A stretch of DNA of 64,000 nt from the human T2T-CHM13v2.0 reference genome, Homo sapiens: assembly GCF_009914755.1 (NCBI RefSeq), contig NC_060932.1; one strand, given 5' to 3'. A model generated the notes under the pieces. The model had not been told where the DNA came from, did not search any database, and was given only the letters and a program-made list of their open reading frames with translations. Shown here in pieces: positions 29,212 through 45,375 of this stretch. How positions within the stretch are numbered: the stretch's first letter is position 1; the number at the start of each line of letters is the position of its first letter. The position numbers and the translations under genes were made by a program.

Positions 29212-29574
29212 AATAGGGCTTACATGACAAATACCACAGATTGAGTAGCTTAAACAATGTAAATTTATTTTCTCACCACTCCGGAGGCTGGAGGGAAGCG
29301 ATCAAGGTGCCAGTAGAGGGTTGATTTCTGAAGCTTCTCTCCTCGGCTTTCTTCTGCCAGTGTCCTCAGATGGTGATGGTGTCTCTGTGCATATCTGTGT
29401 CCTAATTGTCTCTTCTTATAAAGATACAATCATATTGAATGAGGGCCCACCCTAATGGCCTCATTTTAACTTAATTATTTTTTGAAGGCCTTACCTATCT
29501 CTAAACAATCTGAGGTATTGGGGGTTAGAACATTAACATATGAATTTTGGAAGAACACAGTTCAGCCCATAATA
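29212..29574 (-). mobile_element. MLT1A-like MaLR LTR
   Basis: AAATACCACAGATTGAGTAGCTTAAACAA...GGGCCCACCCTAATGGCCTCATTTTAACTTAATT...TTCAGCCCATAATA. Confidence 0.85.
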
Positions 29575-31984
29575 CCACGAAATTTCATGTGTCAGAACTG
29601 AAATGCAAATAATCATGCTCAGCAACATAAATGCCAGAAATGTGAATAATATGGAAATTTTATTACTGATTTCCTCACAGTCAGATCAGACTTTCAAAAC
29701 AGAAACCCATCATCCCTTTCAGAAAAATTTAACTCTCAATACATCCCTTTTCTTTCTTGTCTTCTCAGCTTCAGGTAACGGAGTCTCAGGCAGATACCCA
29801 CATGGAGTCCGGGCTCCACTTTCAACACCCGAACCAAGGAACATGTCTACACAAACAATGGATTCACTGACGCTCACCATGACCACAGCCTGTTTTTCCC
29901 AACCTCAAGCTTTTCTGACTTTTCAAACAGAAGTCACTTAAGATGGCAGAGGAGTCCCTTTGTTATCTGCTCATCCCATTTCTCCAGCTTCATTTCCTGC
30001 CATTCCTTATTTCTTCCTATTTTCAGGATGATGTTTCTTCTCATTCAGATCTTTACAGAAATCTATTCTCTGTCTGTAGTCACTGAATTTATTTTTCCTA
30101 CGCAGCTAGAATGATCTTTCAAAAATATAAATAATATGTCCCTACTTTAGAGACATCCTGAGATTCTGTTTCACCTTCAGCATAAAGGGCAAACATCTTA
30201 GTATGGGAGAAGAGCCTGTTTATTTCCTAATGCCTATGAGTCTGCAGCCTCATCTCCTGAAAGCCCCTATGCAAAACATATGTTCCAGCAATTTTGAGCT
30301 ACCTACTTTTCCCCAAATATGCTATGTTGCACTTCTCCCATTCCCCGCTTCACAAAATACATTTACAATGTTCCAGCCTGTTCCAAAAGCAAACCCTGAG
30401 GGCCATATTACATTTCTACTTTCATTCCTTAACCCCCTTCACACAGAAAAGATTCCCAACCCCTCTGGATTTCATGAGAGTGTTATCTTTAGAATTCTGT
30501 TTTCTCCCCATGTTTTCTGCTCTCCTTTAGTGTGTGACCTTATTATTTATTTTTCAGAATTGTTGAAACGAGCAAAATCAGATTCTGTTTCCATAATTGG
30601 CAGTGACACTAAAGAAACCGCATTGCATGCCGTTGTTGAGTCAGTCTTTGTTACCTTTGCTTAAGCACATCCTGCTCCTACAGTGACCTCTTGGGTGAGT
30701 CTAGGTAGCACTGATGCATGCCTGGGCACTTGGGTGAACTGGCAGGGCTGGCCTACATGCAGCCTCTTTGCATGAGCCTTGAGGAACCTCCCGAAAGGGA
30801 ATTCCTGCTGAAGAAAAGGACACAGTGAACTTGATATGGTAAGAGGCCTTAGCGTTCAAAAGAAAGGCTGATTCTGAGTCCAGGAAGGTGACCGTTCTTA
30901 AACAGACCAGATACATTTCTGCTCTGCCCTACATCTCTCACCTCAACCACATACATCCTCTGCATCCACACCAGACATCCTGCCTGTCTTTCTGTTCCTC
31001 AATGTTAAGTTGTGCTGCTGTATCACCAGCGTCACGTGAAAGCGTCACTCTCTGCACGACCTCCTCTCCCAGTTTTTTTAACCCACTTTTGCCACTGAAC
31101 CTTCATAGCTTCACTATGACTTTATATGAGAATTAATTTTTCCCCCTTTTCTGGGACAGGATGGATGAAAGGCACGAGGAAGGAAGAACATACATTGATT
31201 GTGTGTTATGTATCAAGTACATTATCTATTATCTGTATCATTGTATTATCGAAAAACATACCATATGTTTTTTTATACCATATTTTTTTTATCAAAAAAT
31301 GTACCATAATGGTTAAAAAAACAACCTACCATACACTTGTAATTATTTTCCCTGTTTTAAAGATGATCAAGCTGAGAATGAGATGCTGAGTTGTTACTCT
31401 AGTTGTTACAGCTAGCAGGTGGAAGAACAGCAATAGAATCCAGATCTTTTCAAGACCAAAGCTGATGCCCTAATGTCCTAATCCAGCCATGGGCTGACCA
31501 TGAGTCTCCTCTGGGCTTCTCTGGGCTCATTGATGTAGTGACACTAATGGCAGGTACCTCAGCACCTGTATCACACATCCTGCTGCTTCTGTCTTTCCAG
31601 AGCTTTGCTTCTGTTTCACCTCTGTCCTTTCTAGTGGATGTTGGCTTCATGCTCTGCTTCCAAGTGTAGCCCCTTATTGTTCTAAACCATTCAGTGCATT
31701 ATATTCCCTTATGATAGGAATGACTTAATTAGACCAGGAGAACTGAATGATAGGTCCAACAGTCTATGTCTGGGGAGATGCCTCTGTGCTGTCATCTTGA
31801 ATATGAACATAGAAGCACATTCTCTGCTTTTGGTAGCCCTCTTGTGACTGCAAGGAATGCCAGACTCAGAATCAGGAAAAAGCTGGAGCTTAAAATAGCA
31901 AAAGAGAGAGAGAGAGAGAAACTTTTGTATTATTCACCCTTTCATTAATTTTTTCATAATTTCCAATGTGGCCTGTAAAAGCGT

Positions 31985-32057
31985 TATGACTGATATGGAT
32001 GTATTGGTCATTATGACTGACATGGATGTATTGGTATGACTGATATGGATGTATTGG
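31985..32057 (+). repeat. 3 x 23-bp tandem repeat at LTR junction
   Basis: TATGACTGA(T/C)ATGGATGTATTGG at 31985, 32012 and 32035. Confidence 0.95.
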
Positions 32058-32599
32058 CCGGTATTCTCTAGAGGGACAGGACTAATAGGATAGATGTATA
32101 CATGAAAGGGAGTTTATTACAGATAATTGACTCACACAGCCACCAGGTGATGTCCCATAATAGGCCATCTGCAAGCTGAGGAACAAGGAAGCCAGCCCTA
32201 GTCTCAAAACCTCAAAAGTAGGGAAACTGACAGTGCAGCCTTCAGTCTGTGGCTGAAAGCCCAACAGCCCCTAGCAAACCATTGGTATAAGCCCAAGATT
32301 CCAAAAGCTGAAGAACTTGGAGTCTGATGTTCGAGGGCAGGAAGCATCCTGCAAGGGAGAAAGATGAAGGCCAGAAGACTTGTCCAGTTTAGTCCTTCCA
32401 AATTATTCTGCCTGCTTTTATTCTAGCCACTGTGGCAACTGATTAGACTGTGCCAACCCAGACTGAAGGTGGGTCTGCCTCTCCCAGTCCACTGACTCAA
32501 ATGTTAATCTCCTTTGGCAGCACCCTCACAGACACACCCAGGAACAATACTTTGTATACCTCAATCCAATCAAGTTGACGCTCAATATTAGCCATCACA
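32050..32599 (-). mobile_element. MLT2A (ERVL) solo LTR
   Basis: TTCTCTAGAGGGACAGGACTAATAGGATAG...CAATCCAATCAAGTTGACGCTCAATATTAGCCATCACA. Flanks ATGGA/ATGGC. Confidence 0.92.
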
Positions 32600-33156
32600 A
32601 TGGCTTATCACGGGTCTTGTTAGTCTCTTTCTCTCCCTCCCTACACACAGTCACCAGCACTGTGGCAGATGATGGAGGTTTCTCCTAAATAGACAGCCCA
32701 TCTTATTACCTGGTTTCCTCCAACTCACCTTCATGTCCTTTCCTAAACATCCCTTCCTCAGGGAGAAATCCACTGACCTCCAGGCCTCTAATTGTACATT
32801 CTTTTCACACTTTGTACATTTTCTTCTTAGTATTTTTTATCAAAATCTAAACTGATTATTTGTGTGAATGCTTATGTGAGATCATTCACTAGATGAGGAG
32901 CTTCCTCAGGGTGGGGCAATGTTGGCTAAGCTCGACCCTGTTTCTATAGTCTCAAGCATAATCTGGGCACAGAAAACATTTGTACAACAAGTGCTGAATG
33001 CATAAATAAATGAAGAGCCAGGTTTTAATAAATGTGTGTTGAGTGGGAATTGAGATTCAACATATTTGTATGTAATGTGGATTCAGGAGTGACACTGCCA
33101 ATTAATATGCACTGAGCGCCTTGGATTCTACTATGAACTTGATGCATTGGTTTGAC

Positions 33157-33186
33157 TCTGCTGTCTTTGAAGGTGGTGACTGGAGT
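33157..33186 (+). repeat. 30-bp sequence with perfect inverted copy at 35315-35344
   Basis: TCTGCTGTCTTTGAAGGTGGTGACTGGAGT is the exact reverse complement of ACTCCAGTCACCACCTTCAAAGACAGCAGA. Confidence 0.97.
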
Positions 33187-34591
33187 TCATTCGAAATGTT
33201 GTATTTGCCAATTCCACTTTATTTCCTCAGCCTGGATTTCAGAGGCAAGCAGCATGCCTTTCATTTATCCAACTTATCTAGAGCCAATTCAATAGAATAA
33301 TCAACTTCCAGCATGTTTCACACTTGTTGCTTGTCAAAGCCTCTTACAGTCAAGAAATGTAAGTAATCAGTGCAGTGTACCTGACAACAAGTAGGATGAG
33401 AGGTTCAGGATTTTAATTTTGTTCTTTCTTCAAGAACAAGTGTCTCTCTCTGGCAGCTGGAGTGACCTTTCTGTTCTCATCTACACAATGTGAAAGCATG
33501 TGATTGGCCTTTCAGCAAGGCCTCTTTATGTACTTTCTGCGTGTTCTTTCATCTTCTTTGACTTCTCACCATAGTGTTTTGTAATATATTTTTACTTGCC
33601 TGTCTTTCCCAAATCTATCATGACTCACTTAATGATGAAAGTTTTGAGTCAGTCACCTGGGTCCCCAGTTATTGTTTCATATAAACATGTTTCCTGAAGG
33701 TTACCACAGGCACTACATGCTATGACAGGCATGACAAAAACACAAACAAGACATGTACGTTGCAACATGTTGCTTGCCCAATATAGGTCTAGGAGGCTTC
33801 TGGATGAAAACGATGCCTGAGGGAATGAGTGAGAGTTCTGTACGAGACAATTTTGGGTGTTCAGGAAATACATGTGGCATGAGTCAACAAATGAATTGGA
33901 TGAATGAAGGACAAAGGACTGATGGATATTAAATTATCTTGAACAAAAAAAGCCATCTGTTATGTCTCAGCATATGTTGTATTTGAAAGAAACACTAGTC
34001 TGACATCTGCAAGAGAAATAAAAAGTAATTGGAAATTTACTAGTTTATTTATATAATAAAAATGGAAGATTTTGCATAATTTTAAATACGATTGATCTTT
34101 CAAAATCCTGTGTACAATGTGCTTATGCCCCGCACTCAAATCTTCCTACTTGCAACCCCACCAAATTTCTGTCATATCTCTGTTGTTCCCAAGCCCTCTT
34201 TGGACTTTATTTCGCTGCTGTCTTGTATACTCCCTGCTTCCCATATACTCTAGATCAATTTGGTCTTCCTGAAGGTGGCTTGATCATCTTCTCACTGAAT
34301 AAACTTGACCTATTCTATTAACTTCTGAAATCTTGACTTGTTTTTAACCCTTTTCTCTTATAGCGTCAAAAAACCATGGGTATCTAATAAGCAAACACAG
34401 AATATTATTTGTTAGATGAAAAAAGGCAAAAGGCTTGGTTATCTTTTGTTTCAGTCAGAGAAAAAACTATGTTTGGAGTCTGAAATTTGGTTTCTCTTAA
34501 CTCAGTAGTTAATTACTGTGCATGTTGTTTCACTATTTTTCTTTTGTTTCCTTTAGATCTCACTGTTCTCATCTAAAAAATGGGACAGTGA

Positions 34592-34984
34592 GGCTGGGCG
34601 GGGTGGCTCACGCCTGTAATCCCAGCACTTTGGCATGCTGAAGTGGGTGAATCACGAGGTCAGGAGTTCGAGGCCAGCCTGGCCAACATGATTAAACCCT
34701 GTCTCTACTAAAAATACAAAAAATTAGCTGGATGTGGTTGGTGGTGGGCACCTGTAATCCCAGCTACTCGGGAGGCTGAGGCCAACCTGGCCAACATGAT
34801 GAAACCCTGTCTCTACTAAAAATACAAAAAATTAGCTGGGCATGGTGGTAGGCGCCTGTAATCCCAGCTACTCGGGAGGCTGAGGCAGGAGCATGGCGTG
34901 AACCCAGGAGGCGGAGCTTGCAGATCGCACCACTGCAGTCCAGCCCGGGCAACAGTGTGAGACTCCGTCTCAAAAGAAAAAAAA
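34592..34984 (+). mobile_element. Alu with internal ~105-bp tandem duplication
   Basis: Linker-spanning segment occurs twice (34670-34777, 34778-34881). GGACAGT flanks both ends. Confidence 0.93.
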
Positions 34985-35526
34985 GGACAGTCGGAAGTAA
35001 GGTTGGGAGTTCTCTACATTATGTCAAAAATCTCTTTCTAACTTTTACATTCTTTCTTGCAATAAAAGTGAATTGAAAGGTCCTAGGGGTTTATTTTGTC
35101 TTCTTTTGATGTCACTTTTCACAAGCAGAAGTCAGAAAACAACACTCTCCCCAGGAGGAAATTCATAACAAAGTGTTCTGAAATGAAGCTGGAATGTACA
35201 CTTGCAGATGGTGGCTTTGACAGCATCCATCTCAATCCTAATTTGAAAGGGAGTTATTAGATATATAGTTCCCATGCTATTCAAACAAAGAAGTGTCTCC
35301 ACTGCTCCCAGATCACTCCAGTCACCACCTTCAAAGACAGCAGATCACATGTTCTAGGAATGGTGATGATAACAGCACCCTACATCTCTGGGATGGAAAA
35401 TAAGTACCAGTAATGTGAGAAGAACTTTGCAACACAGTTTCTAGTCTCTGGAAAATGCAGCTGGACAGAATTGAGACAAGTGTAAAGGCATTTCCTTCAT
35501 AGTCAGAACTAGTTTTCTTCTTACCT

Positions 35527-35712
35527 TAGCTGGTTACTATCCATATATCCTCAGGCAAGTTACCACACTTCTCTGAGGGTAAATATGCTCTTCTGTAAAA
35601 TGAGAACATGTTGCTTTCTTCACAGTACCTTATAAGGATTAGACAAGGTAACTTGGGTAAATATTCCAGTGCGATACCTGGCTTATCAGTAGATACTTGA
35701 CAAATGTTCAAC
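35527..35712 (+). mobile_element. MIR SINE
   Basis: GGCAAGTTACCACACTTCTCTGAG...CTGTAAAATGAG...ACCTGGCTTATCAGTAGATACTT. Confidence 0.7.
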
Positions 35713-35853
35713 AGAGTGAAAGAAGGTTAAAGCAAATCTATTTCAGTCTCAGTTTCATATAGGTCTCAACATAATACCTTCCAAAAAGAGAAGCAAGAAG
35801 CACCTGCTGTATCTGCAAAAGGTGGCAGGAACCAGATTTGTGCTCTTGTCTCC

Positions 35854-36075
35854 AGAATGAGTTCATCAAACGTTTTCTGTAGAAGACCAGAGAGTAAACA
35901 GACTTTACGAACAATATAATCTCTGTTGCACCTGTTCACTTCTGCTGCCGCAGAGTTGAAGTAGTCACAGGCAATGTACGAATTAATGAATGTGGCTTTG
36001 TTGCAATAAAACTTTACTTATAAACATAGGGAGTGGGCAGGACTTGACTAGAATACGATCGTTCACTGACCCCTG
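35854..36075 (+). mobile_element. MER58A hAT-Charlie element
   Basis: CAAACGTTTTCTGTAGAAGACCAGAGAGTAAA...TCTCTGTTGCA...CAATAAAACTTTA...CTGACCCCTG. Confidence 0.8.
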
Positions 36076-36910
36076 CTCTAGACTATGAAAGAGGTTGGAG
36101 CAGATGGATAAAAATGTGAGAGATTAGCAGAAGATTGGGGATTAAAGGACTCATTTCTGGTGAGTCCCTGATTACCCTATCACCCCCTTCGCACACCAAG
36201 CACAGGGTAGCAGGTTGGAGAGCATCCTTTTTCATCTCAGATGAGAGAGGGTTTGAAGAGACCACTCAAAGAGGAGCCTTTGTGAACTTGTGTCTCACTC
36301 ACACCTGAGACATTACCTGCTAGCCCATAGCTTGAAGGGAGAAGAAAGTAGCTGAATTGGGACTCACGTGAACTCAGCATTTCTAAAGACAAAGGATGCA
36401 TTGTGGTCTTTTGCGGACCAATGTGGGCCTCACGTAAGAGAGTTGTCTTAGCTCTTGCTTGGGAAGGGTGAGTGAACTTGATTGAAAAAGGCCAGACCAA
36501 AAAGAAGAAGCTAAAAGAGGAGCCCTACATGATCAGCTGAACTAGAAATGCACTGTCTCACTGCAAGGGGGAGAGTCCAGCCATACAGATGTGCTAACAT
36601 TATCTGCAGAAATTCACAGATGTTTTCTGAGAGGCAGGGTTAGACACTTGCCAGCCTCAAGGAGAACCTGTGTTCTCTCTCAACAGTTCTACTTAAGTAA
36701 TATATTCTCCACCTCTTTTCTCCCTCCTTCTGCCCCATTCCTATTCTCTAGCCTGGAGGGGTCTGAATCAGGCTTAGGAAGATAGGATGAGATAGTAAAA
36801 GAGCAATTTAGAGGAAGAAAAACGAAGCCAACCATGCACCTCTCTTGGAGTTCAGGGAGCCAGACCCAGGAAAGAGAAGTAGCTGCAATATTGATTAAGT
36901 TTAAAGTCTT

Positions 36911-37194
36911 CGCCTGTAATCCCAGCACTTCTGGAGGCCGAAGCGGGCAGATCACTTGAGCTCAGGAATTTAAGATCAGTCTGGCCAACATGGTGAAACC
37001 CCATCTCTACTAAAAATACAAAAATTAGCTGAGAGTGGCACATGTCTGTAAGTCCAGCTACTCAGGTGGCTAAGGCAGGAGAATCGCTTGAACCCAGGAG
37101 ACAGAGGTTGCGGTGAGCTGAGATCACACCACTGGACTCCAGCCTGGGCAACAGAGTGAAACTCCGTCTCACCAAAAAAAAAAAAAAAAAAAAA
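36911..37194 (+). mobile_element. AluS lacking first ~20 nt
   Basis: Begins at CGCCTGTAATCCCAGC, pure A-tail, possible TSD AAAGTCTT/AAAGTTTT. Confidence 0.93.
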
Positions 37195-38559
37195 GTTTTG
37201 ATTATTCCACTGGAACATCTAGACAAACTAATTCTTTCTTAATTTCCTATATACTACTTACTTATGCATGACCAGAAAAAGTACAAGACTTACCCTAAAT
37301 GCAATCCAGGGGCAGAACATAACCATCACTGCAGAATAAATGTAAAGGGAAAACAGGAGATAAAAATAAAGTTACCTTATAAGTGTATCCCATGAGATAT
37401 GCTTTTTCAAGGTAATGGATATAAATGTTAGTGTCCTCTTTATATCCAAGAACATGAACTTAGTTAAAACTGGGCCAGCAACTCTATATTCTATCATAGC
37501 TACTAAACTTTCCTTTACTGAAAGAAGCATTTCAATGCCCATCTTATTCCTCAAACATTGCTTGTCGATTATAAAACCAGATCAAACAGTTTGGGAATCT
37601 AAGCTATGGGATATAGACTAACACCTCACCTCAACACAGTACATTTCCGTGTTCTGGATACATAAATCTAGAAACGTACATTACGATGCGTTAGCATCTT
37701 AGAACTGCAGCATTCGTTATCTAAGAATAAAAGCAGCCCTGTTTCTTGAGATAGAGCTTATTAGAAACATAACCTCAAGATACCTTACAATCTAAGATAA
37801 AAAGCCTCTCAAGATCTTAACATCATAGAAGCTTAGAAAAGCAGTCTTATACTGAAAGAAACCTTACAATAATAAATAGAATCTTAGAAATTTAGAATTG
37901 TGGCTTCTTAGAATCATATCACTTAAAACCTTATAGGTTTCCTATAATCTTGGGATCATAGAATTGTTAAAGGTCAGAATCCAAGTGTGTTAGAAAACTG
38001 AAATAATAGCATTTTTGAGTCCTGCAATTGAATCTTGCTGGGATCTTAGGTATTATCTATTTCAACTTCTACACAATGTAAAGATCCCTTTATAAAGTGT
38101 TAGTAACAGCAGCAATATCAAAATTGTACAATAGATAATTCTTTGCTAGTGGGGAGCAGAAACAGGCACTCGCCTGTGCACTGCTGGATGTTTGTCACAA
38201 TTTCCGACCTCTACTGAGTGGTTTCCACTAGCACCTCCTCAGTGATCAGCCATTGACAAATGTCCCAACCACTGTTTTATACATACTTGGTGTGTGGATT
38301 TCCCTGGGGGAGGAAATTATCTTTTTTTTTTTTTTTTGACTTTTTTTTTTTATTATTATACTTTAAGTTTTAGGGTACATGTGCACATTGTGCAGGTTAG
38401 TTACATATGTATACATGTGCCATGCTGGTGCGCTGAACCCACTAACTCATCATCTAGCATTAGGTATATCTCCTGATGCTATCCCTCCCCCCTCCCCCCA
38501 CCCCACAACAGTCCCCAGAGTGTGATATTCCCCTTCCTGTGTCCATGTGATCTCATTGT

Positions 38560-42375
<3,816 letters not shown>

Positions 42376-42438
42376 TATGATGGTAGCTGGTTATTTTGCT
42401 CGTTAGTTGATGCAGTTTCTTCCTAGTCTCGATGGTCT

Positions 42439-43455
42439 TTACATTTTGGCATGATTTTGCAGCAGCTGGTACCAGTTGTTCCTTTCAATGTTTAGTGCTT
42501 CCTTCAGGAGCTCTTGTAAGGCAGACCTGGTGGTGACAAAATCTCTCAGCATTTGCTTGTCTGTAAAGTATTTTATTTCTCCTTCACTTATGAAGCTTAG
42601 TTTGGCTGGATATGAAATTCTGGGTTGAAAATTCTTTTCTTTAAGAATGTTGAATATTGGCCCCCACTCTCTTCTGGCTTGTAGGGTTTCTGCCGAGAGA
42701 TCCGCTGTTAGTCTGATGGGCTTCCCTTTGAGGGTAACCCGACCTTTCTCTCTGGCTGCCCTTAACATTTTTTCCTTCATTTCAACTTTGGTGAATCTGA
42801 CAATTATGTGTCTTAGAGTTGCTCTTCTCAAGGAGTATCTTCGTGGCGTTCTCTGTACTTCCTGAATCTGAATGTTGGCCTGCTTTGCTAGATTGGGGAA
42901 GTTCTCCTGGATAATATCCTGCAGAGTGTTTTCCAACTTGGTTCCATTCTCCCCATCACCTTCAGGTACACCAATCAGATGTAGATTTGGTCTTTTCACA
43001 TAGTCCCATATTTCTTGGAGGCTTTGCTCATTTCTTTTTATTCTTTTTTCTCTAAACTTCCCTTCTCGCTTCATTTCATTCATTTCATCTTCCATCGCTG
43101 ATACCCTTTCTTCCAGTTGATCGCATCGGCTCCTGAGGCTTCTGCATTCTTCACGTAGTTCTCAAGCCTTGGTTTTCTGCTCCATCAGCTCCTTTAAGCA
43201 CTTCTCTGTATTGGTTATTCTAGTTATACATTCTTCTAAATTTTTTTCAAAGTTTTCAACTTCTTTGCCTTTGGTTTGAATGTCCTCCCATAGCTCAGAG
43301 TAATTTGATCATCTGAAGCCTTCTTCTCTCAGCTCATCAAAGTCATTCTCCATCCAGCTTTGTTCCATTGCTGGTGAGGAACTGCTTTCCTTTGGAGGAG
43401 GAGAGGCGCTCTGCTTTTTAGGGTTTCCAGTTTTTCTGTTCTGTTTTTTCCCCAT
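42439..43455 (-). pseudogene. L1 ORF1 with premature stop
   Basis: 1017 nt from ATGGGGAAAAAACAG equals the canonical 338 codons plus stop. In-frame TGA at 43162-43164 (codon 98, likely CGA>TGA). Downstream 218 aa open with REKG, ARR and YPAKLS motifs. Confidence 0.95.
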
Positions 43456-44363
43456 CTTTGTGGTTTTATCTACTTTTGGTCTTTGATGATGGTGATGTAC
43501 AGATGGGTTTTTGGTGTGGATGTCCTTTCTGTTTGTTAGTTTTCCTTCTAACAGAGAGGACCCTCAGCTGCAGGTCTGTTGGAGTACCCTGCCGTGTGAG
43601 GTGTCAGTCTGTCCCTGCTGGGGGGTGCCTCCCAGTTAGGCTGCTCGGGGGTCAGGGGTCAGGGACCCACTTGAGGAGGCAGTCTGCCTGTTCTCAGATC
43701 TCCAGCTGCATGCTGGGAGAACCACTGCTCTCTTCAAAGCTGTCAGACAGGGACATTTTAGTCTGCAGAGGTTACTGCTATCGTTTTGTTTGTCTGTACC
43801 CTGCCCCCAGAGGTGGAGCCTATAGAGGCAGGCAGGCCTCCTTGAGCTGTGGTGGGCTCCACCCAGTTGGAGCTTCCCGGCTGCTTTGTTTACCTAAGCA
43901 AGCCTGGGCAATGGCGGGCGCCCCACCCCCGGCCTGGCTGCTGCCTTGCAGTTTGATCTCAGACTGCTGTGCTAGCAATCAGCAAGACTCCGTGGGCGTA
44001 GGACCCTCCGACCCAGGTGCCGGATAGAATCTCGTGGTGCGCCGTTTTTTAAGCCCATCGGAAAAGCGCAGTATTTGGGTGGGAGTGACCCAATTTTCCA
44101 GGTGCTGTCTGTCACCCCTTTCTTTGACTCAGAAAGGGAACTCCCTGACCCCTTGTGCTTCCCAAGTGAGGCAATGCCTCGCCCTGCTTCGGCTCACACA
44201 CTGTGCGCGCAGCCACTGACCTGCACCCACTGTCTCGCACTCCCTAGTGAGATGAACCCGGTACCTCAGATGGAAATGCAGAAATCACCCATCTTCTGAG
44301 TCGCTTAGGCTCAGAGCTGTAGACCCGAGCTGTTCCTATTCAGCCATCTTGGCTCCTCCCCCC
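43456..44363. promoter_or_regulatory. L1 5'UTR with internal sense promoter and antisense promoter
   Basis: Complete ~908-bp GC-rich 5'UTR with YY1 core CAAGATGGC (reverse strand, 44343-44351). Activity is family knowledge, not shown here. Confidence 0.75.
43911..44027 (+). pseudogene. L1 antisense ORF0, truncated at 38 aa
   Basis: MAGAPPPAWLLPCSLISDCCASNQQDSVGVGPSDPGAG then TAG. The remaining ORF0-like VVRRFLS...EKR continues in frame after the stop. Confidence 0.85.
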
Positions 44364-44844
44364 AAGGAAATTATCTTCTAAGATTTTTTTCAACATTTAA
44401 AATTGAGTGTATACTATGTGCTAGATCTGGTCTCATGTGAATCTCTCAGTTATTATCTTTACATTTTACAAAAGAGAAAGTGGAGGTTTAGAAAAGTTCA
44501 CTTATTGGGTCAGGGCTACACAATTGATAGGGGGTTGGAGAAGAATTTAAAGCTATAATATTTGACTATCCCATATCTTTAAAAGCTGAAACTGTCCCGA
44601 CTTTACTGTTTGGACAGCATTTGCTGTAAGAACTCACTTCTTTTGTTGAGTCAGATCCTACTTTTTTTCTCCAGTCTATATTCAAAATGTCATTATCATA
44701 TGGTTATGGATTTATGACTAAAAGGCTATATATGAAGTTAGTTTCTAGAATCAGACTCTCTGGAGTCTAATTCCAATTCATGACATATCATTGCGACCTT
44801 GGATAAGTTCTTCACTATTTTTTGCCTCACTTTCTTCAACTGGT

Positions 44845-45375
44845 ATCTAGGTAATTTACTGTTGTGTGTCTAGAGACTCCCCGAAAATTTAATGTCTTAA
44901 ATTAACATCTATTTTTATATATCTCATAATTTTCCAGGTGAGAATCTGGGCAGAGATTGGTTGAGCTGTTGTTTTTCTCCCCAGTGTTGACAGATGTCAC
45001 TTGATGGTATTCCGTTGGTAGGTGGCTGGTCTAGGGTATCCAGGAAAGGCTTCTCTCATGTCTGGCACCTTGGCAGTGATGATTGGGAGACTGGCTTCAT
45101 ATGCAACTATTGACCAAAGGGCAGGCAGGGCCTCTACAGGTAGAGTGCTAGAAATTCTTACATGATGGTTCTAGGATCCCAAAGTGAGATTTCCAGTAAT
45201 GAAGGTGATTGTTACATGGCCTTTGATGACCAAGCTTCTGGAGTCAGAGTGTCTTTTCTATTGTTTTCTATTGGCCAGCAGTCATAGCCTGCCCAGATAT
45301 AAGGGAAGAGGGCATAGACGTCACCTTATCATGGAAGAAATATCTAAGAATTCACAGTCATATTTTAAAACCACT
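44845..45375 (-). mobile_element. Old MLT1 (G/H-like) MaLR LTR inside a MIR
   Basis: CCCCGAAAATTTAATGTCTTAAA...TCTCATAATTTTCCAGG...TTTTCTATTGGCCAGCAGTCA...TTTTAAAACCAC. MIR halves at ~44700-44840 and ~45390-45500. Confidence 0.7.

Noticed and set aside
29603-31389. Run of plus-strand ORFs of 78-153 aa and a donor-like GGTAAGA near 30839
   Set aside because: Partly overlaps L2-like relics, has no recognisable domain and no coherent acceptor/donor pairing; consistent with chance.
31985-32057. CRISPR-like repeat array
   Set aside because: No unique spacers, primate DNA, no cas genes; it is a simple tandem duplication.
33157-35344. 2.2-kb DNA transposon bounded by 30-bp TIRs
   Set aside because: No TSD outside the pair and no transposase remnant; the direct repeat flanks only the second arm, fitting a templated insertion better.
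43458-44027. 189-aa novel ORF
   Set aside because: Antisense reading of the L1 5'UTR from a non-ATG start; only the final 38 aa correspond to ORF0.
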